Shown one piece after another: positions 14,461 through 29,150 of a stretch of 64,000 nucleotides of DNA. The stretch covers positions 43,848,210 to 43,912,209 of the forward strand of contig NC_068981.1 in assembly GCF_001194135.2 (NCBI RefSeq), given 5' to 3'. Each line of letters opens with the position of its first letter. Position 1 is the first letter of the stretch. Origin of the DNA: Octopus bimaculoides (Eukaryota). The notes beneath the pieces are model-generated. The model saw only the letters and a list, made by a program, of their open reading frames with translations. It was not told the origin of the DNA and made no database searches. The position numbers were made by a program, and so were the translations under genes.

Positions 14461-17400
14461 ACTTACAGGCATGGTTTGCTGGTTTACAATATCTTTTGCA
14501 AATCCATAGTTTGAGTCTCAGTCACACTTGTAAAAATTGAGCATACCTTTCATAGCTTTAATGTAGCCACTACTGGATAAACAATTATCCAGTAATAGCA
14601 ACACTGCCACTAATCCAATAAAAGTATGAATGAGACTCATGCGTTTCTGATGATTTGACAATACAATTTTATTATATAATTTACATTATTTAACTAATTA
14701 CAATTCTTTGTTGATGAAACATCTGTAAGATGGTGTACCTAAATATTTTATGAACATTTTCTCCTGTTTTGTTTTGTTTTCTATATGTACACTGTGTAAT
14801 ATTCAACAATAGATTCCAATCAAATAATACGGGGAACATAAGCCTCTCTCATGATTTTCCTTAAACATACAGGAATATACATGGATAAGAATAAAAATGC
14901 TGTTCTTAAATACTGGTTATTTGCTCTAAAATTTTAAATTTAAATCAGTGTGTATGTAATAACTTTTACAGTGTATAGATTGACACTAACCTGGAAGTTC
15001 CAGCCTTCTCAAATTCATTGGCCTGTCTGATGAAGGCAAACAAGTTGAAACCTTGCAATCACTGTGGTAATAAATGTGTACTCTACAAAAAAATTATTGC
15101 TTAGTCCTTCAGTTTATATTACATTCTTTTAATAAATAACTTGGCATAAAAATTTTGTTTGAAACTTTGTTTAGAGTTCATTTCTATTGTATAGACACCG
15201 TTGCCTGTTGTCCTTGTCTATAAAAATAAGTTGAAATTTAATTGATGGAAACTGTGAGAAACCTGTTGAGTTTATATATGTATATGTATGTATGTGTATA
15301 TATGAACACAAATATTCACACACAAACACAAACACGCACACATACACATGCATACATGCACACACATACACACATGCACATGCACACACATACACACAAT
15401 AGGCTTCTTACAGTTTCCATCAATTGAATTTCAACTTATGGAGGACATCAGCCAACAGTGTTCACACAGGTGAAATGAATTCTAAACAAAGTTCTAAACC
15501 AAATTCCTTAACCACATGGTCAAGCTTGCACATAACATAGCTGTGTCCGTATTAATATACATTCATATCAGCCTTGGGCAAGAATAAAAATAACCAAAAG
15601 TAAATACCCTGCAAAATTCAAATCTGACTTAGACATTTTCCTTAAAGTTAATATCCAGTTAATTTTATATCTTACAAGTATAATGAAATAAATAGCAAAG
15701 TACCGAGAACACTATTACAGGCTGGAACCCTTTAAAAGAGAAATATAAAGTGCTTTGATCCTGGACATATACATAGTACCAATATAAAACTGATCTGGGA
15801 AACTTTATATCTAAACTATAGGTAATGTGTCGCATGAGACCACTTTTGCATATACACAAAATATGATTGAAAATCTGAAAAGTTACAAACTTATTAGGAA
15901 AGCTGTTTTAAGAACAAACCGGTGGTAGTTAGATATTTTTGCAAATCTGAATGCCTGCATAGCTTTCATTATGAAATGTAATATTATTATAATACATTAT
16001 TCCTTCTGCTAAAAATTAATCATCAAGTAAGTCTGAAACCATTATTCATCTAAACATTTTGAGAGCTAAACATCTTGAGTACTGTAATATATCTTTCTTT
16101 GAATTACAATGCAAATAGTATTTAAGAACTGTTAGAATTCATAGCTGTGTATTGTTGTAATACATTTCATTATTAATATTGTCACAAGGGTGATGCATTG
16201 GCCGAATCATTAGAACAATGGATAAAATGGCTTGTGGTATTTCTCATGAATCTTTATGCTTTTACTTCAAATCCCATCAATATCAATTTTGACATACTTT
16301 CTTCTGGTATTGATAAAATAAAGCACCAGAGGTTCAGCAAGGGAAGACAGTCACCCCTAGGCGCAAAATTTCTTGTGGCTAATCATGCCATTAATTAAAA
16401 TGAGGGTTCTAAAAGTGTCATTGTCTCTGGACACTGAGAAATGTTTCTATGCCAGTCTAAAGTATCTGTCAAGAACTAAAAGAATAACCATAGTTATTAC
16501 TCATGGATACGACCTGGTAGCATGCAGCATGCTTTCACTAATGGCCTGTAGTTGCAAGCAGTCATAGACATACACTTGGCCTTTCTGCCAAGTCACCTGG
16601 TGGAACATCAAAAAGAAAAAGAGAGGACTACAGCTAGCACCAAGCTAGTACTCATTTTCACTTGATAAAACTGGAGCAGTGTGTTATGAAGTGCCTTGCT
16701 CAAGGGCATATGCCACTGAGTCCAAGAATTAACCATGCAAGCTAGAATTCATGAACCCAACTCTTTAAACAAATGTCAGGCAGTGATATGTAATAGGGTT
16801 GATATTATCTCAACTGAACGTCTAGCCCTCTACCTATATTTGAAAACATTATTAACACTATCACAATAAAGAAGACTAAGATAAGTTTTTGAATTGTCCT
16901 TTGTCACATTGCTGAGAATAATTTTTTTCCTTTAAATGAAACTAATTTTTGATTAGAAAAAAATAAATAAGTAAATTTTTTACTACCATAATATTACAAA
17001 CAAAATTATCAAAGTTTAGAAATGTAAATACCTTCTTCCTGTAAGCAAATTTAAAAGCAAAAAAGAAATTACTGTTTCAAGATATTAACTTTGTTCATCA
17101 ATTTCAACAGATTCTACTAGCTATAGTTTACTTCTTTACTTTTACAAAACACCAATAAGTTTATCATCTCAGTTTGTATGATTGAAAAATGTCTACAGCT
17201 GATAGATGCACGTCAAAAATAAATAAATAAAAAATACAAATAATAAAATAGAAAATTTTTTCAAAGTATTTTATTTTTAAGCTATATATATTAAATTTTA
17301 AAGAAAACCCCAAAAAGCATGCAAAAACTTTAATATTTCAACTTGTTCTTGCTTAAAAACAAAACAAAACAAAAAAAATTAACTTGCTTTGAACAGTATT

Positions 17401-17620
17401 ACAAGATTCTATTGCAGAAAATATATTCTTTAGTATAAAAGAGAACTCTTTAAACAAAGGCTGCAAACAGCAAATTTTATTACAGATCTTTAATCTATTG
17501 TAGGTGGAAGAAGAAGGAGACAGGGTAAATTAGAAAGTTTTAGTGGAAAACCACAAAAGTAATTAATTTAACCTGAAGAAACAGCTCGTGAGAAATAAGC
17601 CAGTTTGGAGAAAGTATGTG

Positions 17621-17656
<36 letters not shown>

Positions 17657-18469
17657 CGCCTACATACACATATATGTATATGTGTGTGTGTGTGTATGTA
17701 TGTATGCGTGTATGTATGTATATGCCCACATACATAGACACACATAGATATGTATATATATAAGTATACACTTAATCCTGTTCTCTCATATTGTATCTAT
17801 AAGCAGACGTAGAAGGCTTAAACATTGTAAGGAAATAGTTTATTGGAAAAGGTGTAGGAGCCTGAACACATGGTTTGTAAGTAATGAATTTGTGTATCAA
17901 TTTCGACGACTTTCTTCACTTCTTTTTATATTAATTGTTTGTAAAACGTTTGTGAATGTTTACCTGGTTGATGTGTATAGACAACAAAACAATAATAGCT
18001 TATATTGATTTTTTTTTTCATCTTATATGTTTATTGGTACAATGAAATTTTCAACTACAAAGAAACAGGCATTGAAAGCAACCCCAATACATTTTATCGA
18101 CTCTGGGTTAAAAGCTTGCATCAGCTTAGTATTCAGAATGTTTATATAGGGAACTAAATATGGAAATGTTTGGTCAAGACCTTTGCTATTTCTGTCACTC
18201 TACTGTATTAATTATGATTATGTAATGTAGATTTTTTTATTTGCTTATTTTTTTAAAAAACACACTGTGCCATTGTAACAAGCATAATAGCATATTCTCA
18301 ATACATCATTGATCTCTTATGTTCAATAGTCAAAATTTTTACTATCACTTGGTTGAACAAGCAAGGGAGCTTCTATGTGATTGACTTAGCCTGCTACAAA
18401 TAGCAGCTTAATATCTCTCAAATTACACCCCACCATTGTAAAGGAAGGACATATTCTTTTCTACTCTAA

Positions 18470-18670
18470 GCATGAGGCCTGAAATTTTTGGGGAGGGGGT
18501 CAGTCGATTAGATCGACCCCAGTACGCAACTGGGACTTAATTTATCAACCCCAAGCGGATGAAAGGCAATGTCGACCTTGGTGGAATTTGAACTCAGGAT
18601 GTAAAGGCAGATGAAATACCACTAAGCATTTCGCCAGGCCTGCTAACATTTCTGCCAACTCACCGCCTTA
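18470..18670 (-). mobile_element. SINE family B
   Basis: aggcctgaaattttggggga...gtcgattagatcgacccc...gccaactcaccgcc, the same consensus as the other family B copies. Confidence 0.85.
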
Positions 18671-20334
18671 AAGGAAAGGTATATTGAATAATGTATATTG
18701 ACAGATGGTATCTGCAAAAGAAAAAAAATAAAATTGAAAACTGTGATGGTTTCAGCTGAAACTAGTCTACTTGTTCAAGTTTGATTTGGTCTAAACACCT
18801 CTGAAAAACAATTATACTTGGACTCTGGAAAATTGAACTCCTTCTTAATACAAGTACTGTGGCAACCCAGCCACCCTATTGTTACATTTTAGTAGAAAGC
18901 TAATACTAAAGATTTGTTTCTTTACGTATTATGTATGAATTTTATGTGGTTGTGATTATCATTGTAAAAGACAAATTTCATGTGAAATAGGAAATATGGA
19001 GCCTTGTGCTGTAACACTTATTAGATTTGCAAGAACATTGTCGTTGAATTATTCTAAATTTTGCATACTTAACAAATTTTTTGAGCTCCAGTTTAGTAAT
19101 GTTGTGATGATCATCTGCTGTGTTTGCTCTAAAAAATACCATTGTTTTCTTATTGACAGCCATAATATGAGATGTTCTGTAATAACTGAATATGCTTTGC
19201 TTGATCACTTTCCATGATGTTTGTTATTACCTGTAGGTACCATAAAATTCACATGTGTTGACATAGAGTCCAATAAACATTAGAGGACACTTCTTTTTTT
19301 TTTCATTGTACCATTGAAGATAGGAATCCACTTGGAATATTCCTCTTCTGATGGGGATGGATTTTATTTCTCATAATTCCCACATATGTTTGTATATTCA
19401 GAAGTATTCTTCATTTATTCATATGATGTGTTTGATGCAGCTGCTTGTTATTATTACTCATTATTAATGTTTCCAGAATGCATAAGTGAGGAACACTGTC
19501 AAAAGGCTTTTGATAATACTGTGTTCAGACGATTTTTTTTCACTTCCAAGTCTTTGCACCCCTAACTTTGTCATCATCCTGATAACTTTATATTTTTTTA
19601 TTTCCCTTTATTTCCTTTTACTGGTTTCAGATATTAGACTGCAGCTATGTTATAGCACCACAGTTAAGAGTTGTTACATATACACTACAGACTTTAGCAT
19701 AATTTCCTTCTAGTTAATTTTACCAGTCCAATAATAGTCCACCCAAAATTATGTGGTACTGGGCCGTGGAATAGAAACTAAAACCACATGAGTACAAAAA
19801 GCAAAATTCTAAAACAAATAATAATTGTATTCAGTACCACAAATATTATCATTATTATTTATTTCTTTTATCATCAGTTATTTTGGGAATAAATTTCAAG
19901 TCACATATACTTATGAATGAAATGTATAAAAGTGATAAATTTTGAAAATGAAGAACTTTCTTTTACTAAAATTATGTTCCTTGCTGTAGCATGTGAATAA
20001 GTTGCTTTGGGTGGTTACACTCAGTAAAATTTAAGCACTGTAGACTAACATATATCAATATAGTTGAGCTTATACAGTGTACTAATCAAGATTGATGACT
20101 TGGCCACTTCTGCTTCAATTCCCCAAAAAGAATTTCAAGACAACAGGAAAACAATAACAAAAAGATAAAAATGCTTAATTCATGAGAATAGAAAAAAACA
20201 ACAAACCAAAGCTATTTTGTCTTTACAGTAAAATGAAATGTATTTTTATTTATATATGCAGCTATATGCATCTTATTTATTTTGTGTAAGCCATTTTATG
20301 TAAGCTATGTATTTTTATTAATGTTCACTAATGT

Positions 20335-20840
20335 ATTTGAGGTTGCATGGTTTAAAAAAATGTTATAAGTTTAGGGAAATGTTTCTTCTCTTGGCGACAA
20401 ACAGTTTCTGTTGTTGTGTAAAGACCAAACTATAAGAATTAAGCATTTGAAGCACAACTGTATGAATATAGTGTGACATGGGTATTGAGAGCAGAAGATC
20501 TGCGGTGTGGAGATAGAAATTAATTGCATATGGACAAAAGATATAGAACACTAATTTCTATAGACATACAAGATCAACATTAGCTTTTCTATGCTTCAAT
20601 GGAATTGCTAGTACAATCATATACTGTGTATGGAGGATGCTACAGAAATACCACTCAAACATAGTTGAAGGAACCTACAGAAGGGGAAGGAAGACAAGGT
20701 AAAAAAAGGGTAAGACCGATCACAAGAGAGTCTTATAAAGGAGATGTCAAATGAATGCAACCATGTCCATGATCTACTCTTGTAAAAGTCCTATCCAAGC
20801 CTTGCAAGCATAGAAAAATAGATGTATATATGTATGTGTA

Positions 20841-20904
<64 letters not shown>

Positions 20905-21479
20905 AGTGCTTATGCATATATGTATGTCTATACGATTATGTATGGATGAATATGTGAATGAATGTATACATATCATCATAAATATTTTATATCCATGTTC
21001 CCATGCTTGTAAGGTTTTGCTGGATTTTCTAAAGCAGAAGGTCTCTCAATGCAATCCTTTGTCACCTCCTTTATCAGGTTTCCTTAAGATCAATCTTTAT
21101 CAATGCTTCCCATATTTTTCTCAGTCTTCCTCTTTCGTCAAGAATAAAACTGAAAAGACTTGTTCAAACGTATACTCAATGCACATGTTAGGTTAAAGCT
21201 GTTATGTTTAATTAGCATCAAAAGTTTCTACTGGGCTCAATAACGACCGGACTCAAATCTTCAAGGACTTATTATGTGTGTATATTTCCATATGTTCAGA
21301 ATACATTGGTTACTTGGATGTGTCTTTGCATATTATAGTTAGTATGCTTGTATGTACATGTTTATATGCTTGTGTATGTGCGTATTTGTGTATGTGCGTG
21401 TTTGTGTATGTGTGTTTGTGTGTGATTAGTGTTGTTTTATGTTGTTAATTTGTATCAGTTTGCTGGAGTTTACTAGGAG

Positions 21480-21517
<38 letters not shown>

Positions 21518-21550
21518 ACACATGTACACATGCATGTATATATAGCTGTG

Positions 21551-21618
<68 letters not shown>

Positions 21619-22320
21619 CAATACATATGCACGGGTATGGCAGTGGTGCTAGAAAGCTTGCTTTGCAAACAAGTAGTTTTTGGTTCAATCTCAGTGCACA
21701 TCACCACATGCATGCATTATCTATTATGTCTCTGGGCTAGTCGGGGCCTTGTGAGAAAATATAGAAGATGGAAACTGTGTGGAATCCAATTGAGTGTATG
21801 TCTTTGTGTTTGTTTCCAGCCACTGCTTCAGCTGTTGGTTTGTATGTGTTCCTGTAAATTAGCAGTCCAACAAAACTTAGTACTAGGGCAGATTTGTTTG
21901 AATAAACCCTTGAAGCTTGTGCCCCAGTATGGCCACCGTTCAATGACTGAAACAAGGAAACATTAAAAGAAAGATATATCATCACCACTACCACCATTAC
22001 TGTTCTTACCTTCACATTTTCATGCTTGCAACAGCCAAATGGAATTCCTTGAGGTAGATTTTCTCTGGCTAGAAGCTTTTCCAGCCCTTACTCATTTCCA
22101 AGTCACTTTACTGACATCCAACCCTCGTTCTTTTTATCTTCTCACAACTTATATTTACCATCAATCACATCCTACTCCTTCCACCATTCACTACATTCAT
22201 CTGTAACCCCAGTTCTTACCATCTCTCACTTTTCTCCAATACTCTTACAATCATTATCCATCCACCCTTCTTGATGTTCTATCCCTGCACTTTCCTCTAT
22301 TCACCCTTGTATGGAAACCT
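20335..22320. mobile_element. Cluster of decayed RTE fragments (~20335-20800 +, ~21000-21170 -, ~22090-22320 -)
   Basis: Degenerate AWKKFRE(L)LPLL...ETW segment on the plus strand. RGR(P)RK(T)WE...KIDLK C-terminal motif on the minus strand. Confidence 0.55.
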
Positions 22321-22794
22321 TGCCAAAGCAGATGTTGAAGCATCTGGCTTATTGGATCATAACGTACCACCCAATCAATACCAGCAAAGAAGATAGACAT
22401 TGGATGATGATGAATATGTACTTGTATGTGTCTGTGTTTATAGGTAAACTAGCTGGCCCTGTGCTGTCAAAATTGATGGCTAATTGTTGTATTTTATATA
22501 TAAATATGGATGGTAAATCAAATTAATACACTTGTCAATGTTCACATATATTTACATACTTCCCTTGTACACGCACACAAATGTACACATATACTCACAC
22601 AGAGTTGAAACACCGTTTGATTTTTCTTTTCAGAGTTGAATGTTAACTATCCCACCAGTTTGCCATCACCCCTTCCTTTTTTATTCATCTATTGCCCTTT
22701 CCTTTCTCATTCATATGTTGTGACGGAGAAAAACACAAAAGTATCATTACAGTAGATTGTAGGGAAATGTATATTCTTTTATTCTTTTACCTCT

Positions 22795-23000
22795 TTTACA
22801 TTTTTCAGTCATTTGACTGCGGCCATGCTGGAGCACCACCTTCAGTCGAATCAAATCAACCCCAGGACTTATTCTTTGTAAGCCTAGTACTTATTCTATC
22901 AGTCACTTTTTGCCGAATTGCTAAGTTACGGGGACATAAACACACTAGCACCAGTTGTCAAGCGATGTTAGGGGGGGGCAAACACAGATACACAACATAT

Positions 23001-23085
<85 letters not shown>

Positions 23086-23218
23086 GCTTCTTTCAGTTTC
23101 CGTCACTCACAAAACTTTGGTCGGCCTGAAGCTATAGTAGAAGACACTTGCCCAAGGTGCCACACAGTGGGGCTGAACCCGGAAGCAAGCTACTTACCAC
23201 ACAGCCACTCCTGCACCT
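22795..23218 (-). mobile_element. SINE family A, full length, with internal (TA)n
   Basis: The minus strand begins ggagtggctgtgtggtaagtagcttgct (tRNA-like head), then the ccttgggcaagtgtctt core, a (TA)n tract, and a ccagcatggccgcagtcaaatgactgaa tail. Confidence 0.85.
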
Positions 23219-24579
23219 ATGTAAACATGTATATGTAAATATTTAATTAACAAATATTTAACCTCACAGTGCAAATGGAACCCCTTGCTTAAATCATTCA
23301 GAGCCTAGTTTGAAGAATGAACTGAAAAAAACCTGACTTGCTTTACCTGTCATTTACGAGCTTGTCAGGAATGTTTACATCTGAGAGAGAGTGAGAGAGA
23401 GAGAGAGAGAGAGGTGAGAGTTGTGAGTGGCTTACAGCTAATTACAAAAAACGTAATGAACAATAGGCACTGCTTGAGCTGCTTTGCACATCTGTACATT
23501 CTGTGGCAATATATAATGGTTAACTTAGGATCTTGGACAAGTAAGTTTCTGTTAATGGTAAGTGCCATGGTGTTATTGCAATAAAAAGTTATTAAATGAG
23601 AAATATGAATGGGATATTCAGAGCCCACTTTCTGCTAATGAACAGAGTTACCAGATGTTAACAGAAACTTTGTTAATGAAGCAATCAAGTATATGAAAAT
23701 AAAGAAAGGCATGCATTAATTAGAGAGAAGTAATGTGGAGATGTGACACCAGTTTCTATGCTGGTTTGTGAGAAAGAAGCCGAATATGATGCAGTTTCAA
23801 TTTTTATTAGAATGTAGTATAACATCCACTATAATTCTTGTAAGTTATTGGCAACAAAAGTTCTCAACTAAAAGCAAATATCTCTATAATAAATTTGTTG
23901 ATCTAGAGAATGCATGAGAGGGTATCTTATACCCTATAGATTGGTGGGTAAGGTGAAATGTTGGGGGAGATAAAGAGGTTTGTTTGTTGTTAATGTAAAT
24001 GAAGACTGGCAATTAGTTCTATTAAGAATTTAGTGAGAAATTGCCCACTTGTGTTTTGTTCTTTATCCCTTCTGTCTATTGTAGTTTTGAGATAGCAACA
24101 TAAAAAATTGAAGTGTGAATATTCTTCTAATAATCATATGCAAATTTCATGATCGTTTTTCTTTTAGAATTTGTGGAAAATGGCTGTAAAGATTTTGCAA
24201 AGCTTGAAGGGTCGTATAATTAAAAGATGTATACATTAATATGAAAATGATCAAAATATTATCATAGCTAGTAAAATACAATACAATAGCTACATAATAT
24301 TTGCACAGCAGTCTTGTTCTATATGTAAGAAATGAGTTGCTAGGAACTTAAAATTTTGTTCTTGGTATATGGAATAGATACAGAAATGGTGCAGTGAGAT
24401 TCTAGTAGACTGACATGAAACTAATCTTAAGTATACTAGATGTACTGGTATAAATAAATGTGTGTATTTGTAATATATAAGATCCATGATTTGCTGAGAT
24501 GAACGAGGAAGAGTAGTAGATAAAACTGTATGGGACCTAATTAATGATAGAAGTAGTTGTATGTTAGCACTCTTTTATG

Positions 24580-25025
24580 TGTCTTAGTCATTTGACTGCA
24601 GCCATGCTGGAGTACCACCTTTAGTTGAACAAACTAAATTCTTTGTAAGCCTAGTACTTATTCTTTGGACTAATTCTAGGACTATTCCTAGGACTAATTC
24701 TTTGTAAGCCCAGTACTTATTCCATCTTTGGACTAATTCTTTGGACTATTCCTAGGACTAATTCTTTGTAAGCCTAGTACTTATTCTATCGGTATCTTTT
24801 GCTGAATTGCTAAGTTACAGCGATGTAAACACATTAACATTGGTTGTCAAGTAATGGTCAGGGGACAAAAACAGACACAATTCTATCAACTAAATCCACT
24901 TACAAAGCTTTGGTTGGCCCAAGGCTAAAGCAGGAGACAATTGTCCTAGGTGCCACACAGTGGGACTGAACCTGGAACCATGTGGTTAGGAAGCAAGTTA
25001 CTTATTACACAGCCACTCCTTTGCC
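24580..25025 (-). mobile_element. SINE family A with an internal tandem amplification (~67 bp unit, ~24640-24785)
   Basis: aattctttgtaagcc(t/c)agtacttatt occurs three times, separated by ggactaattc/ggactattcctag segments. Confidence 0.8.
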
Positions 25026-26089
25026 TTGTATAATATATATATATATATATATATANNNNNNNNNNNNNNNNNNNNNNNNNNNNNNNNNNNNNNNNNNNNN
25101 NNNNNNNNNNNNNNNNNNNNNNNNNNNNNNNNNNNNNNNNNNNNNNNNNNNNNNNNNNNNNNNNNNNNNNNNNNNNNNNNNNNNNNNNNNNNNNNNNNNN
25201 NNNNNNNNNNNNNNNNNNNNNNNNNNNNNNNNNNNNNNNNNNNNNNNNNNNNNNNNNNNNNNNNNNNNNNNNNNNNNNNNNNNNNNNNNNNNNNNNNNNN
25301 NNNNNNNNNNNNNNNNNNNNNNNNNNNNNNNNNNNNNNNNNNNNNNNNNNNNNNNNNNNNNNNNNNNNNNNNNNNNNNNNNNNNNNNNNNNNNNNNNNNN
25401 NNNNNNNNNNNNNNNNNNNNNNNNNNNNNNNNNNNNNNNNNNNNNNNNNNNNNNNNNNNNNNNNNNNNNNNNNNNNNNNNNNNNNNNNNNNNNNNNNNNN
25501 NNNNNNNNNNNNNNNNNNNNNNNNNNNNNNNNNNNNNNNNNNNNNNNNNNNNNNNNNNNNNNNNNNNNNNNNNNNNNNNNNNNNNNNNNNNNNNNNNNNN
25601 NNNNNNNNNNNNNNNNNNNNNNNNNNNNNNNNNNNNNNNNNNNNNNNNNNNNNNNNNNNNNNNNNNNNNNNNNNNNNNNNNNNNNNNNNNNNNNNNNNNN
25701 NNNNNNNNNNNNNNNNNNNNNNNNNNNNNNNNNNNNNNNNNNNNNNNNNNNNNNNNNNNNNNNNNNNNNNNNNNNNNNNNNNNNNNNNNNNNNNNNNNNN
25801 NNNNNNNNNNNNNNNNNNNNNNNNNNNNNNNNNNNNNNNNNNNNNNNNNNNNNNNNNNNNNNNNNNNNNNNNNNNNNNNNNNNNNNNNNNNNNNNNNNNN
25901 NNNNNNNNNNNNNNNNNNNNNNNNNNNNNNNNNTCATTGGACAACGGTTATGCTGGAGCATTGCTTTCAAGAGCTTAGTCAAAGAAAACACTCCAACTGT
26001 TTATTTTTATGTCTTGTACTAAAGTAATTATTATATCAGTATTTTCAGCTGAACTGTTAAGTTATAGGTAAACAACATGTAAACAAATA

Positions 26090-26446
26090 AACAGCAAGTG
26101 TGAGTGTGTATGGTATGTGTGTGTGTGCTTGTGTGTGTGAGTGTTTGTGTGTGTGTGTGTGTGTGTGGATGTGTGTGTGTGTTTGAGTGTGTGTGTGTGG
26201 TATGTGCGTGTGTGCATGTATGTGTGTGTGCGCATGTGTGTGTCTTTGAGTGTGTGTGTGGTACATGTGTGTGGTACATGTGTGTGTGCATGTGTGTGTG
26301 TGTGTGTGTGTTTGTGATTATGTTTTTGCATGTGTGTGTTTGTCATCACGTGTGTGTGTGTGTGTGTGGTATGTGCATGTGTGTGTGAAAGCGAGTGTCT
26401 ATGTTTGTGTGTGGCATGTGTGTATGTGCGTGTGAGTGTGTGTGTG

Positions 26447-26481
<35 letters not shown>

Positions 26482-26500
26482 ACGTGCGTGTGTGGCTTTG
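26090..26500. repeat. Long degenerate (GT)n compound microsatellite
   Basis: About 400 bp of TG repeats interrupted by cat/gag/ggt variants. Confidence 0.9.
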
Positions 26501-26714
26501 TATTTGTTTTTGTATTGATATGTTTACAGCCTTGTAATTTAATGGTTCAGCAAAACGGAGAGTGACATAATATGTACAAAACTCAGAATTAATGCTGTGG
26601 ACGATTTAAGTGACTGAACCTTACAAGACAGTATGCCAACATGATTGACAGAAATAACAAAATAAATGAATATTTATTTGTCTCATGTCAATCACTTAAA
26701 GTGGAAAGAAGTTA

Positions 26715-27130
26715 TGGAAGAGGGAGACCCAGGAAGAGAGGGGACATAGTGTTTAAGGCTGATCTGAAAACACTGAATTGTATGAAGGAGATACCAGAGG
26801 ACTGAGATATGTGACACATTGCTGTACTCAAGAAGACCCACCTACCTGAACAGAATCGATATCCTAAAGCTAGGGTACCATGTAAAAAAAGCATTGGTGT
26901 TGGTGCTGACGCCATGTAAAAAGCACTGATGGTGGTTCTATGTAAAACGCACCCAGTACACTCAGTAAAGTAGTTGGTATTAGGAAGGGCATCCAGCTGT
27001 AGAAATCAAACCAAAACAGACTATGGAACCTTGTGAGGTCCCTGGCTTTGCCAGTTCCTGTCAAGCTATCCAACCCGTGCCAGCATGGAAACAGACATTA
27101 AATGATGATTATGATGATGATGATGATGTA
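26715..27130 (+). mobile_element. RTE ORF2 C-terminus plus 3' tail ending in (GAT)n
   Basis: RGRPRK-like segment at ~26720, followed by the conserved aggaagggcatccagctgtagaaa...gcatggaa...ttaaatgatgat tail. Confidence 0.7.
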
Positions 27131-27461
27131 TAGTAAACAAGATTACAAATCCAAACCATGGTTTCATTCAAATGGCCTTTTGGCCAAGAGTTAAAGTTTG
27201 CAGATTCATAGGAAATAGCAATCAAATTCAACAGAAAAAAAAAACTTTTGTTGGATATATAGTCCTGTTTAATCTGCATATGACAAAAAAATATATTAGA
27301 GTCTACAAACTTCTAAAACAAGGGTGTATTTATTGAATGTGAAAAAAATTTCTTGAACCACAGAAATATACAAAAGCAATATATATATATAAATATGTTG
27401 ATGATGATGATATATATATGTATATACCTTTATATATATATATGTATGTATNNNNNNNNNN

Positions 27462-27512
<51 letters not shown>

Positions 27513-28079
27513 ATAAAGACATATGTGCATGTGTGTGGTAGCCTTTTGTTCATGCATAGTTTCAGCATATTTGAATGCAAGGAGTAACTTTAATAAATTA
27601 ATGAAATGAAAGATATGCATTTTTTTTTATTGTGTTCTTTCTTTTGTCTGGTTATTTATTTATTTTCATGTAACTCTTGAATTCAGAATTACCAACCCAT
27701 GTAGAAAACATTGAGCCAAAATATTGGAGATAGTGAAGAAAAGAAAATGAGAGAAAGGTGTAGGCAGAGGTAAAATGCTGAGAATGAATGCATAAGAAAA
27801 AACAAAATAAATAAATAAATAAATGAATATTGGTTATAAAGAAAAATGAAAAACACTAACAAAAGCATCGAAAACAATAGCAATGAGAACTACACTGCCT
27901 TAACAACAACAACAACAGCAAATGTAGTTAAATGTGCTAAAAGAACTAAAAAAAAAACAAATGATGTAAACATATACAAACAAATATATAGATATGTGTC
28001 TGAATAAATTTAGTTAGATATATGTATAGTTGAATATCAGTCCGTATATACATAGACATTTATGTACACATACAGACAG

Positions 28080-28116
<37 letters not shown>

Positions 28117-28190
28117 CATACTATGGTACATGGTAGTGTACTTTTGCGATTTTACTTAGTTATTCATACATACATACATGTTATGTATAT

Positions 28191-28228
<38 letters not shown>

Positions 28229-28341
28229 ACACACACATTATCTATATTATACATATGTAAATAGTTGGGTAATTAAAATTGTAAAAGTACATCTACCTCT
28301 ATTGGTATGTACATATACATGCACACATGCACACATACACA

Positions 28342-28387
<46 letters not shown>

Positions 28388-28588
28388 CACATACACACTG
28401 ACACAAAAACCGATATTCATACTTTATATCCATTTCTTTACTGTTTTTAGTCACTGGACTGATGCCATGCTGTTGTATTGCCCTCAAGCATTTTGGTCGT
28501 GAAATCATACCTAGTCTGTTCCTTGGTACTAATTCTATTAACCACATTAATGTAAAGTTTTGAGTATGTTTGTGTGTGTGTGCGTGTG

Positions 28589-28633
<45 letters not shown>

Positions 28634-28826
28634 AATATAATAAGATATTGCAAAGTGTATTTGTTTTATACCCAGGCACACACACATACACTCCTGTATA
28701 TATATGTGTGGAGCCTTGGGCAAGTGTCTTCTATTATAGCCTCGGGCTGACCAAAGCCTTGTGAGTGGATTTGGTTGATGGAAACTGAAAGAAGCCCGTC
28801 GTATATATATTTATATATATATATAT

Positions 28827-28973
28827 AATTGTTAAACAGGACAGCAAATATTAAGGCAAGGCAAACATCTCAAGTCGTATACAATATTATTATAGGAAGA
28901 AATTCTATAATAATATTGTATATGTCTTGAAATATTTGCCTTGGCGTAATGTTTGCTGTCCTGTTTAACAATT
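28827..28973. mobile_element. Imperfect ~147 bp palindrome (hairpin MITE-like) inserted in (TA)n
   Basis: aattgttaaacaggacagcaaa... is complementary to ...tttgctgtcctgtttaacaatt. Arms are ~70 bp with a very short loop, and both flanks are TA. Confidence 0.75.
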
Positions 28974-29114
28974 ATATATAATTGCTGCATTGGAAATCTG
29001 CAATGGCTCCATAACTACCATCTCAGCTATGACATTTGGAGCTCCAGTAATCTGTTACAGCACTTACCTGATGCACCTAATTGTTTAGATCACCTTTGAA
29101 CTAAACCCCCATAC

Positions 29115-29119
<5 letters not shown>

Positions 29120-29150
<31 letters not shown>

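Noticed and set aside
23365-23628. Exon candidates on both strands (plus 23438-23557; minus ending at donor 23437)
   Set aside because: Both strands give open frames with one good and one weak splice site. They cannot be discriminated or linked to a chain.
24946-26518. Long ORFs of 200-350 aa here and at 8.0-8.8 kb and 13.7-14.5 kb
   Set aside because: They read through N gaps or (CA/GT)n tracts.
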